Positions 16,289 through 23,582 of a DNA stretch of 38,943 nt are shown here, piece by piece (position 1 is the first letter of the stretch; every line of letters begins with the position of its first letter). Both the position numbers and the translations under genes were made by a program. The notes under the pieces were generated by a model. That model had not been told where the DNA came from, ran no database searches, and saw only the letters and a program-made list of their open reading frames with translations. Source of the stretch: Verrucomicrobiota bacterium (GTDB lineage Bacteria > Verrucomicrobiota > Verrucomicrobiia > Limisphaerales > DASXHY01); assembly GCA_051960355.1 (NCBI GenBank), contig JBQCEJ010000225.1, forward strand, positions 1-38,943, written 5' to 3'.

Positions 16289-17335
16289 ATGTTTAACACC
16301 CTGAATTTCCGCGCTGCTCTGGTCGCCGGCGCCGCCACACTCCTGCTGGTGATCATGATTCTCGTGGGTTCGCGCAACCTGGGAAATTTCGATCCCGCCC
16401 TGATCGCTTACCTCTTTGGCTGCATCTTCGCCTGTTTCGGCGTGGTTTACCGCTACAGCGTCTGGCTGCAACGCGCACCGACCTGGCGTTACTTTGTGCG
16501 CGGCTGGCAATTGTTCTTCACCGGCCGAACGATTGCCTACGGCTGGGAGTTGACCAAACATTTCGTGATTCAGTTTCTCGGCCAGAAATTCATTCGCAAT
16601 CGCGGCAAGACGCGCGGTTACGGGCACATGCTCATGGCCTGGGGCTGCATGCTCGCCTTTGCGATTACCTTCCCGCTCGTGTTCGGCTGGATTCACTTTG
16701 GGCTCAAGCCGGGCGGCATTGACACCTACGAGATTTTCACCTTCGGCTTCAAAGTGATGGAATTTCCGCTGCACACCTGGCTGGCTGAAATCATTTTCAA
16801 CGGCCTGAACTGGTCGGCCATTCTGGTGATTGCCGGCGTGATGATCATGATGCGCCGCCGTCTGACGCATGCGGGCCAAATCGCGATTCAGACGTTCGAA
16901 GGCGATTGGCTGCCGCTCTTGCTCCTGCTGGCGATCTCGTTGACCGGGCTGGGCATCAGCCTCGATTACAAATTCATGGAGGGCAAAGCGCATCAGTTCA
17001 TGGCCATCACCCACGCGATCACCGTGATTTTATTCCTGCTCTGGATGCCGTTCGGCAAGTTCTACCACATCATTCAACGCCCGGCCCAACTCGGCGTTTC
17101 CATCTATCGCAAAGCCGGCGCGGAAGGTCCGCAAGCCGTTTGTCCGCATACGAAACAACCGTTCACTTCGCAGATGCACGTGAACGATCTCAAAGACGTG
17201 ACGGCGCAACTCGGCTTTGATTTCAAGCGCAAGGACGGTTCAACGCATTTGGATTACAGCCCGCAGGGAAAGCGCGCTCTGCTGGCCAAGGCGCATCTCC
17301 AGGCGCGGCAGAAATCCGGTTCACTCTTTGGATAA
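16289..17335 (+). CDS. NarI/DsrM-like integral membrane b-type cytochrome with a cytoplasmic C-terminal tail
   Basis: Multiple TM helices with conserved His residues (GYGHMLMAWG, RRRLTHAG, AITHAI). NarI-family motif LWMPFGKFYHIIQRP. First gene of the operon. I prefer ATG 16289. Confidence 0.65.
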   Translation: MFNTLNFRAALVAGAATLLLVIMILVGSRNLGNFDPALIAYLFGCIFACFGVVYRYSVWLQRAPTWRYFVRGWQLFFTGRTIAYGWELTKHFVIQFLGQKFIRNRGKTRGYGHMLMAWGCMLAFAITFPLVFGWIHFGLKPGGIDTYEIFTFGFKVMEFPLHTWLAEIIFNGLNWSAILVIAGVMIMMRRRLTHAGQIAIQTFEGDWLPLLLLLAISLTGLGISLDYKFMEGKAHQFMAITHAITVILFLLWMPFGKFYHIIQRPAQLGVSIYRKAGAEGPQAVCPHTKQPFTSQMHVNDLKDVTAQLGFDFKRKDGSTHLDYSPQGKRALLAKAHLQARQKSGSLFG

Positions 17336-17341
17336 TTCACC

Positions 17342-19557
17342 ATGGCCACACTACCTGTTTCCGCTGAAGAAGTGATTGCCCGTTTCGGGCCGTCCCTGAA
17401 TTTCCCACCCGCCCAGGGCATTCCCGGACGCGACGAACCAGATCAAGTCGTCAAGACGCACTGTTGTTTCTGCGGCATGCAGTGCGGAATCAAACTGCTG
17501 GTGAAGGAAAACCGCGTGGTCGGATTCGAGCCTTGGGAGGAATTTCCCTTCAACGAAGGCCGGCTTTGCCCGAAAGGCGTGCAGCGCTACTTGCAAAATA
17601 ATCATCCCGATCGCCTGCTCGATCCGATTCAGCGCGTCGAAGGGAAAGGCTTTCTGCCCATCAGTTGGGATGCGGCGTTCGAGCAGATGATTCCGGAGAT
17701 CCAGCGCATCCAGGGGAAATACGGCAAGGACGCGTTCGCAATGCTTTCCGGCGTGTCGCTGACGAACGAGAAAAGTTATCTCGTCGGCAAATTTGCGCGC
17801 GTCGCGCTCAAGACCAAGAATCTGGATTACAATGGCCGGCTATGCATGGTCAGCGCCGGTGCGGGAAACAAGAAAGCCTTTGGGCTCGATCGCGGATCAA
17901 ACAATTACTCCGATCTGGCGCACGCCGAGGTCATCATGATCTGCGGCACAAACGTGAGCGAAACCTTTCCGACGCTCACGCACTGGATCTGGCAGGCTCG
18001 CGATAACGGCGCCAAGCTCATTGTCGTGGACCCGCGCCTCACGCCCATTGCGCGGACCGCGGATCTGCATCTGCCGATTCACCCGGGTCGCGACTCCGCG
18101 CTCTACGGCGCGATTCTGCATCAACTGATCAAGCATGATTGGCTGGACCATGAATTCATTGCCAACCACGCGAGCGGCTTTGAAGAGGCCAAGAAAGCCG
18201 TCGAGTCCTACGACCTCGATTGGGCCGAGCGCACCACCGGCATTCCGAAAGAGAAAATTCTGCAAGCGGCCAAATGGTGGGGCCCAGCCAAGACCAGTTT
18301 TCTGTTGCACGCCCGCGGCATTGAACATCAGAGCAAAGGCGTGGAAAACGTGCTCGCCTGCATCAACCTCGTGCTCGCCACCGGGCGCATTGGAAAACCC
18401 TACTGTGGTTATGCCACGATCACCGGCCAAGGCACGGCCAGGGTGGCCGCGAGCACGGACACAAGTGCGATCAACTGCCCGGCAACCGCGACATTGAAAA
18501 TCCGGAACATCGCAAATACATCAGCAGCGTTTGGGGCATCGATGAAAAAGAACTGCCCGGCAAAGGCCTCACTGCATATGAAATCATGGAGGCGATTCAT
18601 CGCGGCGAAATCAAAGGGCTGATCAGCATCTGCTTCAACCCGCTGGTTTCGTTGCCCAACAACAACATGATTCGCGAGGCTTTGGAGAAGCTCGAATATT
18701 ACGTCTGCATTGATTTCTTTCTCAACGAAACCGCCCGCCACGCAAATCTCATTCTGCCCGGATCGCTCCAGGAGGAAGAGGATGGCACCGTCACCACGGC
18801 CGAGGGCCGCGTGGTGCGCATTCGCAAAGCGGTCAACCCGCCTGGCAACGCCCGCACAGACACCAGCATTCTATTGGAAATTGCCAAGCGCCTCGGCGCC
18901 GAAAAACATTTCACTTACAATTCCTCAGAGGAAATTTTCAATGAATTGCGCGTCGCTTCCAAAGGCGGCACAGCGGACTACTTCGGCATCACTTACCAGA
19001 AGATCGAAGACAACATGGGCGTCTTCTGGCCCTGTCCTTCCGAGGATCATCCCGGCACGCCGCGCTTGTGGGAAGATCGCAAATTCAAAACGCCGGATGG
19101 CCGCGCGCATTTTCACGGCGTCCCTTATCGTGATCCGGCCGAACTTACTGATGCCGATTACCCAATGATCCTGACCACCGGGCGCGTGGTGTCCCAATAC
19201 TTGAGCGGCACGCAAACCCGCCGCATCGGCAAGCTGGTGGGCCAATATCCCGAGCCGCTGCTGGAAATTCATCCCATGACGGCGGCGCGCTACGGCATTC
19301 AGGAACGCGAACTGGTTCGTGTTTCGACGCGGCGCGGTTCCGCCGAATATCCGGCACAACTGGTCGAGACCATCCGAGAGGACACGGTCTTCGTTCCGTA
19401 TCATTGGCCGGGCCGCAAGTCAGTGAATCAGTTGACGTCCGGCCATCTCGATCCGGTCTCTAAAATTCCCGAATTCAAAGTGTGCGCCTGCCGGCTAGAG
19501 CCGTTGGGACGTCCCGCTCCATCCGCCGAAGTCACCAAAGCTTACGCCAGCGCATGA
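17342..19557 (+). pseudogene. molybdopterin (bis-MGD) oxidoreductase catalytic subunit, NasC/NarB-like nitrate reductase family, interrupted by an apparent 1-nt frameshift near 18434
   Basis: N-terminal 4Fe-4S motif [10 protein letters not shown]...LCPKG and no Tat signal. ORF 17342..18622 loses family similarity after ATITGQG. From 18439 the +1 frame reads [61 protein letters not shown] and runs straight into ORF 18586..19557. The observed ggcacggcc versus the expected ggcaacggcc (GNGQGG) implies one missing A. Confidence 0.8.
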
Positions 19558-20129
19558 TCACAACGACCTTCCGCACTGATCAGGAATTTTTCTTTGACCC
19601 GCAGCGTTGCATCGGCTGTCACGCCTGTGAAATGGCCTGCGCTGAATGCGAAACCAACGGCCAGACCGCGATGATCCATGTCGATTACGTGGATCGCTTT
19701 CTCACGACGCAAACGTCCGTCCAGGTTTGCATGCATTGCGAAGACCCGGCGTGCGCGAAGGTTTGTCCGGCTGACGCGATCACCAAGGATGAGTTTGGAA
19801 TCGTGCACAGCGCCAACACCGCGCGTTGCATTGCCTGTTCAAACTGCGTCCAAGCCTGTCCGTTCGGTGTCCCGAAGAAAGTCGAGCCGTTGGACCTGAT
19901 GATGAAGTGCAACATGTGCTACGACCGCACCAGCGCGGGCAAGAAGCCGATGTGCGCCACGGTTTGCCCCAGCGGCGCCCTCTTCTACGGCACGCGTGAA
20001 CAAATCAGCCGCAATCGCCCGAACAGCACGCCGGTCAATCAATTCCGGTTTGGCCAGCAATCCGTCAAAACCAAAGTCAATATCATGATGCCCAAAGGCG
20101 CCACGGAACTCGTGGTGGACAGCGAATGA
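19554..20129 (+). CDS. 4x[4Fe-4S] ferredoxin-type electron-transfer subunit (DmsB/HybA-like)
   Basis: Four Cys clusters: [37 protein letters not shown] and CNMC...CATVCP. The ATG at 19554 overlaps the molybdoenzyme stop (ATGA). Confidence 0.85.
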   Translation: MITTTFRTDQEFFFDPQRCIGCHACEMACAECETNGQTAMIHVDYVDRFLTTQTSVQVCMHCEDPACAKVCPADAITKDEFGIVHSANTARCIACSNCVQACPFGVPKKVEPLDLMMKCNMCYDRTSAGKKPMCATVCPSGALFYGTREQISRNRPNSTPVNQFRFGQQSVKTKVNIMMPKGATELVVDSE

Positions 20130-20635
20130 ACTCCCCCAGCAAACTCCCCGAAAAGTCCGCGCCCGAAGTCGATTTCCCGATCGAACGCGTCGAAGCTGAA
20201 CACGTTTCGCGCCGCGAATTCACCAAATTTCTCTGTCTGGTATCCGGTGGAATGGCCGTGGGCAGCGGTTGGGTTGCGGTCAAAGATCGGTTGTTTCTGC
20301 CGCATCGAATTCAGGGCGAAGAGTTCGTCTGCCGGATCGCGGACGTTCCGCTCGGCGGCACGCATGCCTTTACCGTCGCCGGTTCCAAGACGCCGTTTAT
20401 TTTGATTCATCTCAATGACGGGAGCTGGCGCGCTTACGAGCAGAAATGCACGCATTTGTCCTGCGCTGTCTTCTATCAGCCGCAAACCGACAGGATTCAA
20501 TGTCCGTGTCACAACGGCTGGTTTGACGCCCGCACCGGCAATGTCTTGCAAGGCCCGCCGCCGCGTCCGTTGCCACATTTGGAAGTCATCGTCAAAGGCG
20601 AAGAGATTTACGTCACTGAACCGAAAACCGCATGA
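20126..20635 (+). CDS. Rieske [2Fe-2S] protein with an N-terminal twin-arginine motif and hydrophobic anchor
   Basis: CTHLSCAV...CPCHNGWF Rieske ligands. SRREFTKFL (20207-20233) followed by [20 protein letters not shown] overlap with the upstream gene. Confidence 0.85.
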   Translation: MNSPSKLPEKSAPEVDFPIERVEAEHVSRREFTKFLCLVSGGMAVGSGWVAVKDRLFLPHRIQGEEFVCRIADVPLGGTHAFTVAGSKTPFILIHLNDGSWRAYEQKCTHLSCAVFYQPQTDRIQCPCHNGWFDARTGNVLQGPPPRPLPHLEVIVKGEEIYVTEPKTA

Positions 20636-22146
20636 GCACGTTTCGCGAAGCCCAACGTCAGGCGCACCCGACCAAAACCAACACGCTGCTGCTGGGTGTG
20701 ATGTGCGTGCTGATCCTCATTCTCATCATGCAGGTCTGGCTGCTGACCGTGGCGTTGAATGAATCCCTCGACGGAGACAACGCGGTCAAGTGGCCCGCCT
20801 TCTGGGTGTCGTTGGCGTTGTTCGGTTCCGGAGCCGCCTTGCTGCGGTATCTCCCCTCACCCATTCGCCTGCCCAAAAGCGTCGTGGTGCCAGAAGCGTT
20901 CCCACAAGCCGCTCTGGCCTGGCGCACCTTGGGAATCAGCGCTGTTTCTCTGGCACTCGCGTTTGCCGTGTGGTTCATGTGGTCAGCCATTCCGCTGCGG
21001 TTGAAGGACGCCGGGTTCCATTTTTCGCGCCAGCAACTCTTCTGGCTCACGGCCACGCCGGTCTTGCTCGGATCGTTCCTGCGCATTCCGTATGGCCTGA
21101 TTGTTTCCACCTTCGGCAGCCGGCGCAGTTACGCGTTTGTCACCCTGTTGCTGCTGCTGCCTTGCATCGCAACTGGATTTGCGGTCAAAGATCCCACCAC
21201 GCCTTATTGGTTTCTGCTCGCCTGCGCCGCGCTCACCGGCATCGCCGGCGCGAACTTCGCGACCTCCATGGGCGTGATCAACCTCTGGTTTCCCAAGCAA
21301 ACGCAAGGCACCGCGCTGGGAATCAATGGCCTTGGAAATTTCGGTGTAACGATCGCGCAATTTACCATCCCGCTCGTGATCGGCTTTGCCATTATCGGCG
21401 GTTCGGAAACTTCTCCCGGCACAACTGTCCGCCCCGTGCACATCGAGAATGCTGCGTTTATTTGGATTCCGTTCATCCTGATTTGTTCCGCCGCGATCTG
21501 GTTTGGAACCAAGGACAATGCGGCTCCCGCCAAAACCTTGGCGTCCCAACTCGTCGCAGGTAAACGCCGGCACACCTGGGTGCTTTCGTTTCTGTATTTT
21601 CTCACGTTCGGCTGCTTCGTTGCAATGGGAGCCTCGCTGCCGCTGATCATCAAAGAAGTGTTTGCCAATGCGCCGGGTGGAGCGCCCAATCCGATGCTCT
21701 TTGCACCCTGGGCTGCGGCAGTTGCAACGATCATGCGTCCCATTGGCGGCTGGCTGGCGGACAAATTCGGCGCGGGATTGATCACCTCGATTGCGATTGG
21801 AACGATGGCTTTGGGCGGCTTCAGTCTTTCGGCTTTTTTGCAGCCCAATCAGTTCGCCGGATTTTTCACCATCATCCTGATCATCTGTGCCGCCGCCGGA
21901 CTGGGGAACGGCAGCATTTTCAAAATCATTCCTCTCGTGCTTACCAAAGAAGCCGGAGCGGCGATTGGCATTGTCAGTTGCCTGGGCGCACTCGGTGGAT
22001 TTGTGCCGCCGCTCTTGCTCGGCTGGACTCTTGACCACCTCGGCAGTCCGGCCTGGGCCTACACGTCGATGGCCTTTTTTGCGCTGCTCTGTCTGGGTGT
22101 CAACGGCTGGTATTATCACCGCCGCACCTCGCCGACGTGTTGTTAA
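20632..22146 (+). CDS. narK: MFS nitrate/nitrite transporter (NarK family) with an N-terminal extension of about 95 aa
   Basis: NarK-like core begins near WRTLGISAVSLALAFAVWFMWSAIPLRLKDAGF...LRIPYG. Two extra predicted TM helices precede it. ATGA overlap with the Rieske gene. Confidence 0.8.
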   Translation: MSTFREAQRQAHPTKTNTLLLGVMCVLILILIMQVWLLTVALNESLDGDNAVKWPAFWVSLALFGSGAALLRYLPSPIRLPKSVVVPEAFPQAALAWRTLGISAVSLALAFAVWFMWSAIPLRLKDAGFHFSRQQLFWLTATPVLLGSFLRIPYGLIVSTFGSRRSYAFVTLLLLLPCIATGFAVKDPTTPYWFLLACAALTGIAGANFATSMGVINLWFPKQTQGTALGINGLGNFGVTIAQFTIPLVIGFAIIGGSETSPGTTVRPVHIENAAFIWIPFILICSAAIWFGTKDNAAPAKTLASQLVAGKRRHTWVLSFLYFLTFGCFVAMGASLPLIIKEVFANAPGGAPNPMLFAPWAAAVATIMRPIGGWLADKFGAGLITSIAIGTMALGGFSLSAFLQPNQFAGFFTIILIICAAAGLGNGSIFKIIPLVLTKEAGAAIGIVSCLGALGGFVPPLLLGWTLDHLGSPAWAYTSMAFFALLCLGVNGWYYHRRTSPTCC

Positions 22147-22167
22147 GCGGCGCAGAAATTTAAATCT

Positions 22168-23352
22168 TCAAGATTCGCGATCGACCGAACGGCCGGAAAT
22201 ATCCAATCCCATTCCGCGGCCGGTTGCGAGCGGCAGTTCGTCATCGCGCTGAATGGATTTGTTCTCTGCACGTATCTTGGCTGACTTCAGCTCCCGAACG
22301 AATTTCGACAAACTCGACTGATACCAGCTTTTGATTCCGGGAAACCACAGCGGTTGCGGCAAACTGAGCGCTGGGACGCTGCCCGCTTCGAACCCGCGAG
22401 CAACGACATAACCGCAAATCGCCGTGAACGCACCGGCGAGCACATCGACCGAATAATGGTAGCGCAGATAGACCGTCGAAACCCAAAGAACCGCGCACGG
22501 CAGCGCCAGCCAAACAAAGCGGCGACGATAACAGTGCGCATCGAACATCAGCAGATAAAGAGAGACGGCGACGTGAATGCTGGGAAAGACGTCCACCCCA
22601 TTGCTGCCGCCATCCACCCACGGTTTTGAAATTTCTGTTATCCAGCCGCCGGTCAAAGGTTGCGCAAAATGCAGGAACGCATGCGGGCCTCCAGCCGGGA
22701 AAAATGTGTATCCGATAAATCCCACTCCATAAACCGTGAACAGCCCGACGAAGCACTGGCGAAACCGATCCAAGTCGCGAAAGAAAAAAACCGCCGGCCC
22801 GAGAACGAGGTACAAAAAGAAAAACAAATAGCCGACCATCATCAGATCGGTCAGCCACGGAAAACTCCCAAATTGAGTTGAAAGGTCCACGTTCCCCACC
22901 AGCGCATAATCCCAGTTGGCCAGCACAGGATCGGCGCTGGGCACTGCGAGAACTCCCATGGCAGCCGGCAATGTGTAAAACGAAATCCCCATCAACACCG
23001 GATAGAGCAGCAATCGACAACGCCAGCGAAAAGATGTTGGCTGACGCCCGGCCCACCGGATCACCACCAGACTTCCAATCAGAAAGAAAAAGAAAGCAAC
23101 CGCCGGCGCGCTAAGCGGTCCGGCCTTCAGGACGAGCCGCAACCAGGTGAGCGCTAGAAAAAATCCGAAGACACACTCGTGCGGCAGAAGCCGGCTGGTT
23201 GCGCGTTGCTCAGGTCGGGAATTCACGCGAACTCCTTTTTTGCTCGAGAGCCGATCAGGCGAACGCGAACGATCGCAATCGATCGCTGGACCTGGAACGC
23301 ACAGCGTTCGAGTGAGTGGTTCAACAGTTTCATGAGTGGCAATGAACTTCAC
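22168..23352 (-). CDS. PAP2-superfamily membrane phosphatase/phosphotransferase (PAP2_3-like)
   Basis: Polytopic membrane protein with FPSIHVAVS and YLRYHYSVDVLAG (PAP2 motifs). Start codon uncertain. Confidence 0.7.
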   Translation of the reverse strand: MKFIATHETVEPLTRTLCVPGPAIDCDRSRSPDRLSSKKGVRVNSRPEQRATSRLLPHECVFGFFLALTWLRLVLKAGPLSAPAVAFFFFLIGSLVVIRWAGRQPTSFRWRCRLLLYPVLMGISFYTLPAAMGVLAVPSADPVLANWDYALVGNVDLSTQFGSFPWLTDLMMVGYLFFFLYLVLGPAVFFFRDLDRFRQCFVGLFTVYGVGFIGYTFFPAGGPHAFLHFAQPLTGGWITEISKPWVDGGSNGVDVFPSIHVAVSLYLLMFDAHCYRRRFVWLALPCAVLWVSTVYLRYHYSVDVLAGAFTAICGYVVARGFEAGSVPALSLPQPLWFPGIKSWYQSSLSKFVRELKSAKIRAENKSIQRDDELPLATGRGMGLDISGRSVDRES

Positions 23353-23582
23353 AGTTCATCAAGCCCGTCTGCAAGGCACCCACTGTGGTTAACGTGTATC
23401 ACTTCACTCTCGCTAATCAATAAACACGCTTCCCCAAGCTTGGTTCTTAACAGATGGACAGCGCCTAAGTTGACCGAGAAAACAGTTGGGTCCAAGCCAA
23501 ATTCTCAGGCGAACGCGTGCGGTTCGGCTTGTTTCAGCAGCGTGGCCAGACGTGGAGCGAATTGCAGAACCGGCACGAAATC

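Noticed and set aside
17342-19557. Treating 17342..18622 and 18586..19557 as two separate genes, or as a programmed frameshift.
   Set aside because: The conserved family sequence continues seamlessly in the +1 frame from 18439. The tail of the first ORF after ITGQG has no family resemblance. I saw no slippery heptamer or stimulatory structure, so a 1-nt indel (mutation or sequencing error) is the simpler reading.
20983-22119. Long antisense ORFs opposite well-supported genes. Examples: 378 aa opposite narK; 11777..13063 (428 aa) opposite GH95, crp and DUF2249; 28538..29467 opposite the TrxR-like gene; 27181..27957 opposite aroF; 7103..7855 opposite res; 16283..17014 opposite the NarI-like gene.
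   Set aside because: Their translations are Arg/Gly/Ala/Pro-rich and low-complexity with no recognisable motifs. Each lies fully inside a gene with strong family signatures on the other strand. This is the expected stop-codon-poor antisense frame of GC-rich coding DNA.
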